Of a stretch of DNA of 64,000 bases, positions 1-14,115 are shown one piece after another (the first letter of the stretch is position 1; the number at the start of each line of letters is the position of its first letter). Origin of the DNA: Octopus vulgaris (Eukaryota); assembly GCA_951406725.2 (NCBI GenBank), contig OX597814.1, positions 15,438,001-15,502,000 on the forward strand, written 5' to 3'. The notes beneath the pieces were generated by a model. That model did no database searches and had not been told where the DNA came from. It saw nothing but the letters and a program-made list of their open reading frames with translations. Position numbers and translations under genes: made by a program.

Positions 1-14
1 TGCGTATGCATGTA

Positions 15-15
<1 letters not shown>

Positions 16-61
<46 letters not shown>

Positions 62-168
62 CATATATATATATATACATATACATACATATATATATAT
101 ATACATATATACATATACATATATATATATATATATATACATATATATATACATATATATATATATAC

Positions 169-213
<45 letters not shown>

Positions 214-284
214 CATATATATATATATATGCATATATATATATATACATATACATATATATATACATATACATATATATATAC

Positions 285-331
<47 letters not shown>

Positions 332-368
332 TATATACATATACATATATATATATATATATATATAT
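16..368. repeat. (TA)n/(TATACA)n microsatellite
   Basis: Near-pure TA dinucleotide tract with occasional C; the YIYIYI ORFs are artefacts of it. Confidence 0.98.
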
Positions 369-510
369 TTAAGTAGGTGAATGAATTATCCTATGTTTAT
401 CGTCAGTATGGAAAATTCGTTTAACCGAAACCTGGGTAGCAAATTCACGTCAGAAACACGGTTGAAGTGACCTGTCAAGGGTAGAAACTCCGGGTTCATG
501 TGCAGAAATT

Positions 511-512
<2 letters not shown>
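369..512. mobile_element. short non-coding insert between (TA)n tracts, probable PLE terminal remnant
   Basis: Flanked by TA tracts; segment 428-465 resembles 7445-7480; same context as the HHR-bearing remnants elsewhere in the window. Confidence 0.35.
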
Positions 513-556
<44 letters not shown>

Positions 557-744
557 TATTTACATATGTGTGTACGTATGTATATATGTAAATACGTTCA
601 CACACATACGCACACACACATATATGCATATGTATACACACATATACATACACACACAACCTTCACACAAACACAGATGCAACCATGACGCACACACATT
701 ATTGATGCATACACACATCCATAATACATATACACATGTATGTG

Positions 745-902
745 TGTGTATGTGTGTGTTTACGTCCCCGTCACTTAGTGGTTCGGCAAAAGAGACCGAT
801 AGAATAAGTACTGGGCTTACAAAGAATAAGTCCCGGGGTCGAGTTGCTCGATTAAAGGCGGTGCTCCAGCATGGCCGCAGTCAAATGACTGAAACAAGTA
901 AA
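745..902 (+). mobile_element. SINE family C, 3' half
   Basis: GTTTACGTCCCCG..GTTCGGCAAAAGAGACCGATAGAATAAGTAC..GCTCCAGCATGGCCGCAGTCAAATGACTGAAACAAGTA, matching the 3' part of full copies at 12430 and 33141. Confidence 0.9.
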
Positions 903-1930
903 AAAAAAATATATATATAGAGAGAGAGAGAGAGAGGAAGAGAGGGAGAGAGAGAGAGAGGAAGAGAGGGAGAGAGAGTAAGAGAGGGTACGAGAGGGAG
1001 AGAGAGAGAGCGTGTGTGTGTGTGTTTGTGTGTGTGTGTCTGTGTAAGTGTATGAATGTGAGTACGTATATGACTATACATAAGCGAGCGGGCTGCTGCT
1101 CATATCGATATATTACAAAATAGAAAGACAACAACATTGTTTCTTAGGAGAAACATACAGTAACAGTGTACATGCTTCTCCTTGCAAACATTAATTCATC
1201 TCTGTCTTTTCTTAAGGAAATTAAGGGTGTCAAAAACACCACCCCATCCGTCTCTTCACTATTCTAACTCTGTTACTTTGATTGTTATCGATTGCCCTTG
1301 TGGCTAAATGAAGACATCGATATTTTATTATCATCATTATTGATTTCATTGCTATAGTTTGTATTATTGTTTCAACTGCGTTATACTTCTCTATTTGGCC
1401 GTTATCAATTGCGTTTTATTTGTTTGTTTAGTTATTTATTTCTATTTTTATAAATTTGATTTGTTTATGCTTTTTTATGGCAATATATGACGTATGATAT
1501 CGTATTAATTTAAATATTATTATTATTGTTGTTGATGATGTTTTTTTTTTATTTTTGTTATTGCTAAAGTGTCGGGCAAAAAAATTGCTGAGCTACATTT
1601 CTCTAAAGTCCTTCAGTTCTGAGTTCAAATTCCGTCGCATTACCTTTGTCTTTCATCCTTTACTATCAGTGAAATACGAATCCCTTCCCATCAAAATTGC
1701 TGCCCAGAAAAGCTATTATTGTTGTCATTGTTATTGTTGTTGTTGTGTTGGTGGTTAATGTTGTTATTATCGTTATCTGTGCTTCATCTCAGGTCAACTC
1801 TAACTGAGCTGACCTATAATTAAAGGCGTTTAAGCCAGCATCATTCAATATTTTCAAAGGAATCTCTGTACAAGGTACCCTCTCTTAACATAGGGGGACG
1901 CTACTTACACGTAGATTTTAATTTTAATAA

Positions 1931-2345
1931 GGCGGCGTGCTGGTAGAATCGTTAGCACGCCGGGCGAAATGCTTAGCGGTATTTTGTCTGTCGTTACGTT
2001 CTGAGTTCAAATTCCGCCGAGGTCGACTTTGCCTTTCATCCTTTCGGGGTCGATTAAATAAGTACCAGTTACGCACTGGGGTCGATATAATCGACTTAAT
2101 CCGTTTGTCTGTTCTTGTTCGTCCCCTCTGTGTTTAGCCCCTTGTGGTAATAAAGAAATAGGTATTTTGTCTGTCGTTACGTTCTGAGTTCAAATTCCGC
2201 CGAGGTCGACTTTGCCTTTCATTCTTTCGGGGTCGATTAAATAAGTACCAATTACGCACTGGGGTCGATATAATCGACTTAATCCGTTTGTCTGTTCTTG
2301 TTCGTCCCCTCTGTGTTTAGCCCCTTGTGGGTGGTAAAGAAATAG
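1931..2345 (+). mobile_element. SINE family B (tRNA-like head, Meta-domain-like core) with internal tandem duplication
   Basis: GGCGGCGTGCTGGTAGAATCG head, GAGTTCAAATTCC B-box, core GTCGACTTTGCCTTTCATCCTTTCGGGGTCGAT..AGTACCAG; body duplicated at ~1978-2160 and 2161-2345. Confidence 0.9.
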
Positions 2346-3110
2346 GTTTTAATTTGAGATAGATTATGATAATATTTCTTGTAAGAAACCCCTGACGTAG
2401 AGGCTCCATGTTGACTCCGTCAGAGGTTTTAGTGTTTCATTTTGTATTTTTACTATTTATTGAGGAAAGCCAGTGCACATGATTTTGGCGCGGTCACACA
2501 GACTAATAAGACGGAACCAGTTACGATTCCTTTTCAACAGATGCGAGTAAAAAATTCTGCTGGAAAACATATACTGAGGGGAGACTTTCTGACGCCGACA
2601 TTCTGTGAAAGAAGGGACTGAGTGTAGTGACTACTATGCAGCCAGGAAAAATTGAAAACAACATAGAGTACGAGTAGAGAGAAGCGGAATGAGTCGGAAG
2701 TGCTTGAGTGAATGTAGTACACAATCACCCTGCCCCTAAGAACAGGAACTACTGTAGTGATGGTAAAAGGAACAGAGAGGGGGAAAACCATGTCTGTAGG
2801 TCAAATGTAGGTTCATGCTGAGTAGCAATTTTATACTAATAAGTCAGATGGCCTTGCTCTGCATGTCTGTGTTTTTAATAGCATCGTCCCTAATGCTGGA
2901 GTAGCACTCCATTCTAGGACAACGCACTGTTAAGTGTTAGTATATAGTGTTGTGTAGTATCTTAGGGCTTTGAAGAAGTCTTGAATTTCGGTAGGGTGTT
3001 TTTACTCTATAAAGAATTTGTTTTGTTAATGTTGATATTCTTGTTTGTTTTCTGCCTTTCTATCGTAAGAGAACGGATCTCTTATCAAGACTATTGTAAC
3101 CGTAGCCACC

Positions 3111-3499
3111 GTGGAGGTGCAATGGCCCAGTGGTTAGGGCAGCGGACTCGCGGCCATAGGATCGCGGTTTCGATTCCCAGACCGGGCGTTGTGAGTGTTT
3201 ATTGAGCAAAAACACCTAAAAGCTCCACGAGGCTCCGGCAGGGGATGGTGGTGATCCCTGCTATACTCTTCCACCACAACTTTCTCTCACTCTTACTTCC
3301 TGTTTCTGTTGTACCTGTATTTCAAGGGGCCGGCCTTGTCACTCTCTGTGTCACGCTGAATATCCCCGAGAACTACGTTAAGGGTGCACGTGTCTGTGGA
3401 GTGCTCAGCCACTTACACGTTAATTTCACGAGCAGGCTGTTCCGTTGGTTCGGATCAACCGGAACCCTCGTCGTCGTAACCGACGGAGTGCTTCCATCC
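3111..3499 (+). mobile_element. SINE family A (tRNA-derived), full length
   Basis: A-box TGGCCCAGTGG, B-box GGTTTCGATTCCC; 13-bp target-site duplication AACCGTAGCCACC at 3098-3110 and 3500-3512; second copy at 16647-17038 (-). Confidence 0.95.
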
Positions 3500-3695
3500 A
3501 ACCGTAGCCACCTTGTCTTTTTGTATACCTAGTACTATAAAGTTGAACGAGTGCTTTCTGTTTTTTTGGTGGTATTGTGTTATCTGAAGTAAACTAATTT
3601 ATTTCTAGCATGTAAAACATCGATGAATTTCCCTCACTGCCTTGAGTTCTCGTCCAGAATTTAAATTCCTTCTGAAACCGGCACCAGTTATGGTG

Positions 3696-3730
<35 letters not shown>

Positions 3731-5239
3731 GCGACGACGATGGCAATGAAGTATTCCTTGAAGTAACAAGTGTAGCACAAGTGATAAGGGTGTCTATTTA
3801 AATGGTTCGTTTACTTTCAAACGATGCGTCTTGTGCTTACATTAGCAATCGTTTGTTGTTGATGATGGTGATGATGACACCGACGTTAATGCTGATGGTA
3901 ATGGTGATGATTACGATGATGATGATAAAGAGGAAGATGGTGATGATGATGACAACGACAACGATGATGAAGATCACGCGGAAATGTCTTGCGATATTTA
4001 GTTACTGCACTTTACAATCTCCTAAGAACCAATTTCCCTTTCATGTCAGCTTTAACTTTCATCATTCTTGGGACAAGAGTTGGGTCGATAAAACCTAACA
4101 CCAGCCAACTGTTCTGGGGTAGAAGTAGAAATAAAATGTGGGTATCTGTTTGAAGTATTGGACAACCTACCTTCTCTTTGTACATCAGTTAAAGTTTGGT
4201 GTCGGACACTTTGTTGCTGTAGCATTGCCGAATGGGGATGAAGTTCGCTTCGCAATCATCGGGCTCCGATTTTGATCCTACTGAGTGCCATTTTAGGCAA
4301 ATGCCTTTTATCATAACCTCGAGCTGACCCAAGTCTTGTGGTGTAATTCCGTAGATGAAAAGGCCATCGGACTCATTGTACCATTAATTCAGAAGTTTAC
4401 TCTTGTTGTCCTGTTTTAAAATTACTTTGTTGTAGAAAACTCAAATCTCCCATTAACAACTAATTCAATGAATAATCAATTGAGTAGATAGAAGACCCGA
4501 ACAATCATCTTCGAAAGTGACTGAGATCCATTCAGCTCTTTTCCTATTGTCTGCTGTCATTTTCGTTGAATAAATGAAAATGCTGTGGTCCCGATACTTC
4601 GGTCTGTACAGGAGAGCCAAAGAGATTTTATTTGTTGTTGCTTTGTATGGTTTATTTAAGAAGTAGGAGGGGACAATGCTTCTATGACCTTCACGGGACC
4701 TCCGAGACACGTGAGATCGATAGAATTTATGCTCATGTTTCAACTACTACAAGTTTGCCTGAAAAACGTGGCTGAAGGCATCTGTCCCAACGAGGGAACA
4801 TCAGATACGCAGTCGCTAGTCTTGCTAAGAATAGCAACTGTGTTATTTCAAATAGTAAAATACAGTCGTAGGAAAGGACAAAAATACCATGACAATCTAG
4901 ACACAAAGACAAAAATGGCAAGAGGTTGGAACGTCACTCATAAGTCTGTGCAATTTAGTCAGAGCTGACTCCGGGACAAGGAAGAGTTTCTAATGAGATG
5001 ACAGTCGTGTATTACAATGAGTGAATGATCTGATTACTGCGGGATATCGATGCTTAGACACCGTACAGGTGACAAAATGGGGAGGGTAACCAGTGCTTTA
5101 TGTGCTGTGACGTGTGGTATGCACTTAGCTAATTCAGACAAGTAGACGTCGTTGTTGTAGTAACAGGAGAGCAGAGAAAGGAAGTGACAGCTCTTTATGT
5201 CAAAGCTCTCGTATAATATGCATCAATATTAATACCACG

Positions 5240-5665
5240 TAAGGTGACGAGCTGGCAGAGTCATCTGCACATAGGGGGGAAATTGCTTTATGGCATTTAT
5301 TCCTACGTTGTGAGATCAAATGCTGCCAGGGTCGGCATTGTCTTTTATTCATTCTGAGTCGATAAAATAAAGTACGTGTCCAGCACTTGAGTCGATATAG
5401 ACGACTAGCCCACTCTGATATTTTCAGGTTTCGCGTCTATAGTAGAAAACCTTTATAGGCGGTGAGCAGGCAGAATGGTTAGTACACCGGGGGAAAATAC
5501 TGAGCGACATTTCTTCTGATTTATATTCTGAGTTCAAATGCCAGCAACGCTGACTTTACCCTTTTGGGGTCGATAAAATTCGTACCAGTTGAACACTAGG
5601 GTCCTTGTGATCGACTTACTCCCTCCCGCAAAATTGCTGGCCTTCTGCCAAAATTTGAAACCAAT
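5240..5665 (+). mobile_element. two decayed SINE family B units in tandem
   Basis: Degenerate GAGCTGGCAGA heads, GAGTTCAAAT and GGGGTCGATAAAA motifs. Confidence 0.7.
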
Positions 5666-6032
5666 ATTAAGTCCACGTTAACTCTCACGTCCAACGCATG
5701 GTATTCAATACCAGGAGGTGAGTATGTTCTTCCATAGAACAACAACACCTCACAGCGTTAGGATTGTTAACATAACGAAATAAATTTGACCTTTGTGACA
5801 CGCAGTTACACACACACACGAACACAAACTGGCTAACAAACGCATAGGCTCAGTAGCACATGCACACGCACATATACAGATTCAGACACACACACACACA
5901 TACACAAATTCTTATACATAGCGACGGAAGCCCTTCAAAGGCTATTGGGTGTTGCCCTTTTACCTTAGGCTAAGACAAAGAAAACAGCCAAAAATTAAAC
6001 GCGAACATAGCACATTATACACATAAACAAAC

Positions 6033-6050
6033 AGATAGATAGATAGAAAT

Positions 6051-6136
<86 letters not shown>
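6033..6136. repeat. (GATA)n microsatellite
   Basis: Direct reading; similar tracts at 7013-7111, 11013-11228, 11455-11520, 32841-32932, 39595-39680 (-), 40429-40497. Confidence 0.97.
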
Positions 6137-6254
6137 GCAGGTATGTATCAATATGATTATACAGACGTAATCACTGAGTGATATGAATACATAGAAACGT
6201 AAAGTACAACGTGTGATTAGACTCATTCTTCGTAATATTGTTGATGTTCTTGAT

Positions 6255-6450
6255 GCTGTTTAGCCACAGGTCAACCCTCATTGTGTACACGGAAAACCAA
6301 AGACATTCCATTCCTGACCACTCCGTCATTAGTTTCCAAGACATAGCCTGTCTTGGCCCACATTATCCAAATGAACCTTCCATTATATATATGTGCGATT
6401 CCACGAAGATTTTGGAGCTATTTCTGAAAAGGTCGATTGAACAGACAGAC
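6255..6450 (+). repeat. dispersed repeat family D (unclassified, old)
   Basis: TTTAGCC.CAGGTCAACC..GAC..ATGA.CAAAG.CATTCC motif recurs degenerately at ~1785, ~8730, ~42420 (+) and ~21100, ~26140 (-). Confidence 0.6.
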
Positions 6451-6878
6451 AAAATCTTGTTGGTTCATATTAATGTATAAATATTCCAAGTCAACGTGTG
6501 TTTGGGTGCGCGCGCGGGGTGTGTGTGTGTGTGCGCGCGTGTCTGTGTGTAGAAATAAAATGATCGACTATTATTAAATATTAAACTAACAGCTGATGGG
6601 CCTTCGATTCAAAATCTCTGCCGACATTTCGTCACGAAAGATTTTGAAGAAAACTTTTATTGCTAAGCATCTCGGGTCATGTTGATTTGAGATGGACAGA
6701 CATTGTCAGTATGCTTTTTGATCACCATCACTTTAATCTTAATGATACATATCATAATCACGATTCAAATTTTAAAATCTTCTAAGAAATGTGTCTTGCA
6801 CTTGAATGATTATATATGTGTGTGTGTGTATGTACACACAAATACATGCTTTCCTGTATGCACGTATATAGACACACT

Positions 6879-6920
<42 letters not shown>

Positions 6921-7013
6921 CATATTGATAAAAATGGTAAGGCAACAAAATATTTATATATAGAGAGAGAGGTGAGAGAGTTAAATATATAGATAGATAC
7001 ATAGTTAGTTAGT

Positions 7014-7105
<92 letters not shown>

Positions 7106-7527
7106 CAGATAGGGTATGCTCCAGCATGGACGCAGTTTAATTACTGAAACAAGTAAAAAATAAAAGATATATATATATTTATATATATATACTCACAATA
7201 TAAATATTCATATGTGTATACATAAATACGCATATATATTTATATCGATACGTATGTAGATATTTGTATATGTATAAACGTACATTTCACATATATATAT
7301 ATATATATACGTACACACCCACGTGTGTGTGTGTGCTTTTCCTGAATGTATAAAGATATAAGTATGTTTGCATATGAGAGACTACATTAAAATATAAACA
7401 ATGAATTATCAGCATTATAACTATTCTTGCATGCAGACGGTAAAGACCCGGGTGAAACTTCGTAGACACGGTTAGTAAAGTATGAAAAAACCGGACTTCA
7501 TATTTCCATATAAATATATAAATATAT

Positions 7528-7529
<2 letters not shown>

Positions 7530-7567
<38 letters not shown>

Positions 7568-7629
7568 ATATTTATTTATATATTATACATTTGTGAGTGT
7601 GTGCATGTATGAATGTAAGTATATATATT

Positions 7630-7668
<39 letters not shown>

Positions 7669-7730
7669 TATATATAGAATGTATATTTACTTATATATTA
7701 TAAATTTGTGAGTGTGTGCATGTATGAATG

Positions 7731-7796
<66 letters not shown>

Positions 7797-7858
7797 ATAT
7801 TTACTTATATATTATAAATTTGTGAGTGTGTGCATGTATGAATGTATGTATATATATT

Positions 7859-7900
<42 letters not shown>
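7530..7900. repeat. minisatellite: three ~115-bp units built around TA tracts
   Basis: AGAATGTATATTTA.TTATATATTATA.ATTTGTGAGTGTGTGCATGTATGAATG repeated at ~7561, ~7676, ~7790. Confidence 0.9.
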
Positions 7901-7906
<6 letters not shown>

Positions 7907-8101
7907 CATATATATAATGATGTACTCTATATATTATATATATATAATGATGTACTTTATATATATATTTGTGTGCTTGTGTGTGTGTATATATAAATAT
8001 ATATACATATATATATATGCTATATATATAACATGTGTATGCCAGCACAAGGCTTGTATACGCATATATATATACATACATATATATATATACACACATA
8101 A

Positions 8102-8134
<33 letters not shown>

Positions 8135-8990
8135 ATAAATAAAACATATGCATATATATATATACATATATGTACGTACCAACCTCTACATGTATAAATA
8201 CACGCATATATGAGTACAGGACACCAATATATATACATGTATGCATACAAGTACGCACCTATGAAGAAGAGAAATAGAAAACAGGAGATACAGAAACAAT
8301 AGAAATCCTGGAAGAAAACATATAAACTAAAGTTACCTACCTGTAATAAATCTGACCATCACAACACACGTAAAGAAGACGGCGGTTATATTAAGACGTG
8401 TACTTATCAACACTGGTATATATAACTAGTTTTCCCTTCTCCCTTCCTTTCAATTTCTCCTCTTTCTCACCCTCACGCTATTCTTTAGTTCCTCTTTTTT
8501 TGTTTTGCTTTGTTTCTTTTTAACTTCCGTCTGTTTTCCGGGCACACATCAGTATCATTATTTTTGTTTTTCTTTAGGGAATTTTTGTAGCTTTTATTTT
8601 TCATTTATCATTTTTTTTATATCATTTTTCTATCTGTGCATAATAACTTCCCCGTATATTGTGTATTTTTTGTGTAGTTATTTTTTACTGTTATCTTTAT
8701 AGTTATATATTAGTGTTTTTTTGTTGAAGTAGACACCCAGGTCAGCTATGATTGAGCACACCTATGACTCAAGCCGTTCGTTCCATCCGTGATCATCACG
8801 CCCTTTCGTATACCAACGAGAACTTCATCCAATGCATTTTTCCTATATATTTAAGACGTGTCGGGTGTGATTTTGAGGGAGATTTTCAGCTGTTACTTCT
8901 AACAACTTCGGCGATCGTAATAAGCAAGAAGTTACCCTGTTAACTCGTTGGTAATATCGATTTCGTTTATCGATCTGTTATTGTTGATGC

Positions 8991-9021
<31 letters not shown>

Positions 9022-10202
9022 ACAGTCGCCGTGTATTTTTCACATCTCCCATACTGATGACAGTTTGCTGCGAGACAAGCAGGCGAGCCGTTTTCCTTCA
9101 CAATATCACTTGTTACCGACAGTATTTTTGCTATTGATGTCGTTGTTGTTATTACGACTTCTCTTTTCTTTCATTTCAGACTTTCATATTTATTTTTCCT
9201 TTTCTCTCTGTTTCTTTAATTTTTATTTTCTCTCTTTCTTTCATCCCGTATCTTTCCAAAAAAATAAATATCTCATTACGTTATATTTATAGTGAAGCGC
9301 TTGTATATTTATTTACATATTGAAACTTTTTATCACGATAGCTTCATGTAAGTATTATTTATTTTTGGTTTTTTTTTCCTTTTTATCAATCAATTATAAT
9401 CTATAAGTTAATGAAAGTATATCAAATAGCACCTGTACATATGTTGATATCAGAGCCGAACGGAGGAATGTCTCGCAGCACCGTTGTTTGTTTTGTTTTG
9501 CTCTGTGTTAGAAAGGTTTATATATGTATATATATATATATATATGTGTGTGTGCTTGTATATGTATTATTTATGTATGCATATATGTATGTACGTATGT
9601 ATGTACGTATGTATGTATAATTAAGTTCTCTGTATTAGTGAATATTTTCTTCCTTCCCGTTCTTTCTCTCCCCCTCCTACTCCCTCACCCTTATATTACT
9701 GCCTCCTTCCGTCTCTCTCTCCCTTTCTCACTTCTTTGCTTCTCTCTCTCTCTCCCTCTCTCTCTCCCTCCCTCCTTTCTCTCTTTCTCTTTATCTGTTG
9801 CAATATTAGCATTGTGTCAAATCTAATTACGCAGACCAGTAAATCAAAAGTCTTCCAACCGTGCCCAACTCCTTTTATTCACAGAAATAATATATCCAAG
9901 ACACAACAATGTGTCCTTAAAAGAAAAAAAAAAAGAAAACACGGAGAGAAAAATGATTGCAGAATATAATAGCAGGGTACTTTGACTGCTGTTTTCAGCC
10001 AATCTGTCCATTAGGTAGACAGCTCACGCGTGTCTTCTTGTATGGGATGTGCTCGCGTGTCTTTAATGATAAACACACGATAAGATCGTTAAGATAGCAT
10101 AATACAAAACACTACCCAGGTACATAAAGATATAGATCGATGGGCAGACCGTTAGATACACATAATGAGAACGGGGTAAGGATTTATAGACATGCGCTTA
10201 TA

Positions 10203-10538
10203 TGTGTGTGTGCGGGTAGGTATGCGTGAGTGTGTGTGTATGTGTTTGTGTGTGTGTGTGTGTGAGAGAGAGTGTGTGTGTTTGTGTGTGTATGTGTTTG
10301 TGTGTGTGTGTGTGAGAGTGTGTGTGTGTGTGTGTGTGTGTGTTTGTGTATGTGTGTGAGAGAGAGTGTGTGTGTGTATCTGTTTGTGTGTGTGTGTGAG
10401 AGAGTGTGTGTGTGTGTTTTGTGTGTGTGTGAGAGAGAGAGTGTGTGTGTGTGAGAGTGTGTGTGTGTGTGTGTGTGTGAGAGAGTGTGTGTGTGTGTGT
10501 GTGTGTGTATGTGTTTGTGTGTGTGTGTGTGTGAGGGA

Positions 10539-10566
<28 letters not shown>
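10203..10566. repeat. (GT)n/(GA)n compound microsatellite
   Basis: Direct reading. Confidence 0.97.
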
Positions 10567-10569
<3 letters not shown>

Positions 10570-11026
10570 CGTTGTATATAACGTGAGGGATAGAAGAATT
10601 ATCAGCTGGACTGACGGAAAGACAGATAGAAAATAAATAGCCGAGTGTTCTCTAATAAAGGCAAACTAATTCTAACAGAAGTGTGTTTGGTATGGACCTC
10701 ACTTGTCTATTTTTTTCCCCCATCAGCTTAGTTCTTTTCTTCTTTTTCTTTCTTAATTTCGTCGCTTCTTTCCTTTTGCTTTTTTTTTTTTTTCCTTTTC
10801 GGTGTCTTTCTTTTTCTTTCCTTCTCTCTTTCCTGCTTTGTTTCAAACAGGTAAAATGAAAAGGCGGAGCACTTACGTAAGACACTCGAGTTTGAGACTC
10901 CAATGTGATAAAGGACAGACTGATGGATGGGCGGAAGAGACGATGGGCCAGCTTGGCAGAGGGAGAGGACGAATAAAATGCTGGGATAGATGAATCGACA
11001 CACAGGCTGGTGGATAGATAGAGAGG

Positions 11027-11128
<102 letters not shown>

Positions 11129-11157
11129 CATATATAGATAGATAGATAGATACATAT

Positions 11158-11212
<55 letters not shown>

Positions 11213-11228
11213 TACATATAGATAGATA

Positions 11229-11400
11229 AGTTTCTTTATTGGCCACACAGGGCTGCACACAGATGGGACAAGTTACAAGGTAGAGCTTTTCTTTTGGGGG
11301 ATGACAAAAACAAAAAACAAAAGAAACAAAAAGAAGGGGGGCGTAGGTTTTCGATCAAGAGGGATCGTAAAAGGGGAGAAAAGAACAAAAAAATTTTTTT
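11229..11400 (-). mobile_element. probable 3' end of a non-LTR retroelement inserted in (GATA)n/(GA)n
   Basis: Unique ~170 bp between microsatellites; minus strand reads ..GGCCAATAAAGAAAC running into the (TATC)n tract. Confidence 0.4.
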
Positions 11401-11414
11401 TTTTAAATAAATAA

Positions 11415-11519
<105 letters not shown>

Positions 11520-11811
11520 CGGACGGAGGAATAGAGGGATGGCTGGCTTGCTGGCTAGATGAATCAATGGATGAATGGACTGACAGATGAAAGACTGGAT
11601 GGGTTGATGGGTGGATGGATGAATGGATGGATGGATGGAAGGAAGGAAGGAAGAACAGGTGGATGGATGGGAGGGTGGTGATTAGATGTTCCGAATATAC
11701 GTAGGATATCTAGTTCGCCAGAGCTTAAACAAAAATCTTTTAAATAATGATGAGGTATATACACAACTTGAAATATAACAAGTTGGTTATTATTTTCTAT
11801 TTCTTATACTC

Positions 11812-12200
11812 TTTTACTCTTTTACTTGTTTCAGTCATTTGACTGCGGCCATGCTGGAGCACCGCCTTTTAGTCGAGCAAATCGACCCCGGGACTTATTC
11901 TTTGTAAGCCCAGTACTTATTCTATCGGTCTCTTTTGCTGAACCGCTAAGTGACGGGGACGTAAACACACCAGCATCGGTTGTCAAGCAATGCTAGGGGG
12001 ACAAACACAGACATACAAACACACACACATATATACATATATATATATATACGACAGGCTTCTTTCAGTTTCCGTCTACCAAATCCACTCACAAGGCATT
12101 GGTCGGCCCGGGGCTATAGCAGAAGACACTTGCCCAAGGTGCCACGCAGTGGGACTGAACCCGGAACCATGTAGTTGGTTAGCAAGCTACTTACCACACA
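11812..12200 (-). mobile_element. SINE family C
   Basis: Reverse complement of the 12430-12837 copy. Confidence 0.92.
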
Positions 12201-12429
12201 TCCTTTTTTTTTTTTTTTTAATTTGCCTTTCATCATTTTATCATCTCATTTTATTAATATGCCTTATCTGTTGACAGTTCGGCCGTATTTTCAAACGATC
12301 TTTTGTCGTTCTGTCTGTTACCAGTTCTATGAAGTATCGAAACTCTTAGATACATTCCTCGAGGTTTTGGTCTAAATAGCAGCATTTAAAATAAACTATC
12401 AACAAAACTATCAATAACATCAACACGTG

Positions 12430-12837
12430 GCGTGGCTGTGTGGTAAGTAGCTTGTTTTCCAACCACATGGTTCCGGGTTCAGTCCCACTGCGTGGCACCT
12501 TGGGCAAGTGTCTTCTACTATAGCCTTGGGCCGACCAATGCCTTGTGAGTGGATTTGGTAGACGGAAACTGAAAGAAGCCCGTCGTATATATGTATATAT
12601 ATGTATGCGTGTCTATGTTTGTGTGTCTGTGTTTGTCCCCCCTAGCATTGCTTGACAACTGATGCTGGTGTGTTTACGTCCCCGTTACTTAGCGGTTCGG
12701 CAAAAGAGACCGATAGAATAAGTACTGGGCTTACAAAAGAATAAGTCCCGGGGTCGAGTTGCTCGACTAAAGGCGGTGCTCCAGCATGGCCGCAGTCAAA
12801 TGACTGAAACAAGTAAAAGAGTAAAAGAGTAAAGAGT
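12430..12837 (+). mobile_element. SINE family C (tRNA head, CORE/V-like segment, internal TA/TG microsatellite, AAAGAGT tail)
   Basis: GTGGCTGTGTGG A-box, GGTTCAGTCCC B-box, CCTTGGGCAAGTGTCTT segment, tail GTAAAAGAGTAAAAGAGT. Confidence 0.93.
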
Positions 12838-13189
12838 ACGTGTAAACAGGTGTATTTGCGTGTGAGTGTATACAATTGCCACACGTATCCGGAGTAACTT
12901 CGAAGTCACTATGAATAAACTTATGATAAACACTAAGACATTTGAGTCTATTGATCAATAGATATTTTCTTTTATATATTTTCACGTAACAGCCCTGACA
13001 TCAAATACACATACACACAGACACTAGCATACACATTCACACAGACACTAGCATACACATTCACACAGACACTAGCATACACATTCACACACACACACAT
13101 TAAATAAATCGTTTTTCTCTGTGGAAATGGAAACTGATAAGATAAAGCTATAGATAGTGGTTTCAAGTCCTGGTACAGACTTGAAAATT

Positions 13190-13374
13190 TTTAGGGAGAA
13201 AGAGTATGTCGAACGTATCGACCTCAGTACTCAACTGGTACTTATTTTATCGACCCCGAAAATATGAAAGGTAAAGTCAGCCTCGGTGGAATTTGAACTC
13301 GGAACGTAATGAGTCAAATAATTACTGTGAAGTATTTTGTCCGAAATCCTAACGATTCTGTCAGATCGCCACCT
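13190..13374 (-). mobile_element. SINE family B, diverged
   Basis: CTGGTACTTATTTTATCGACCCCGAA..AAAGTC..ATTTGAACTC on + strand = family B core on -. Confidence 0.85.
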
Positions 13375-13537
13375 TAATTAGTGTTGATAATAGCGAGTAA
13401 ATAATAGATTAAAATCTACGAGCACCACCGGTATTAAAAAAAAACAAACAAAAAAAAGATCATATTTCATAGTCCTCGAAGTTTCTGAATTTTTATGATG
13501 TAAACAAATAAGTATGTGTATGTGTGAGCAAGCGCGG

Positions 13538-13820
13538 ACACGCACACACACAGACACACACACACACAGACACACACACACAGACACACACACACACACA
13601 TACACACACGCACGCACTCACGCAAACACACGCACTCACGCAAACACACACACGCACTCACGCAAACACACACACATACACACACACGCACACACACACG
13701 CACTCACGCAAACACACACACACACACACACGCACTCACGCAAACACACACACATACACACACACACACGCACACACGCGCGCACTCACGCAAACACACA
13801 CACACACGCACTCACACACA

Positions 13821-13860
<40 letters not shown>

Positions 13861-13870
13861 CGCACACACG
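13538..13870. repeat. (CA)n-rich compound microsatellite
   Basis: Direct reading. Confidence 0.96.
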
Positions 13871-14074
13871 TATAGGAGTGAATGTACAAACGAAAGGAAG
13901 GAGCACTCGATACATTTAGATGCTGTTAAGCATCTTATGATTTAAAACACAGTCTGGATCGGCCCTACGCAAATTGAAGTTTCGTAAGCTCGTTGCATGA
14001 ACTTAGCTCACCAATATGTAATTATATAGTCGAGTGTGTGTTTGTGTGCGTGTGTGCGTATGGTATGCTTTATG

Positions 14075-14112
<38 letters not shown>

Positions 14113-14115
<3 letters not shown>

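Noticed and set aside
6-380. Long [22 protein letters not shown] and poly-L/V/Y ORFs throughout the ORF track
   Set aside because: Translations of microsatellites that lack stop codons in some frames.
395-465. CTGACGA on the minus strand and GAAACCTGGGTA on the plus strand
   Set aside because: The core halves are on opposite strands; no complete hammerhead can be assembled.
3111-3190. tRNA-like sequence
   Set aside because: Head of a SINE with TSDs and a second copy in the window; not a tRNA gene.
2820-3600. Possible decayed PLE coding sequence on the minus strand
   Set aside because: Only vague similarity, with stops and no diagnostic motif.
9054-9080. CTGATGA-CAG-TTTG-CTG-CGAGA hammerhead-like string
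   Set aside because: GAAA is not intact and stems I and III are absent.
13014-13092. 26-bp tandem repeat x3, and other short repeats, as a CRISPR-like array
   Set aside because: No spacers, eukaryotic context; ordinary minisatellite.
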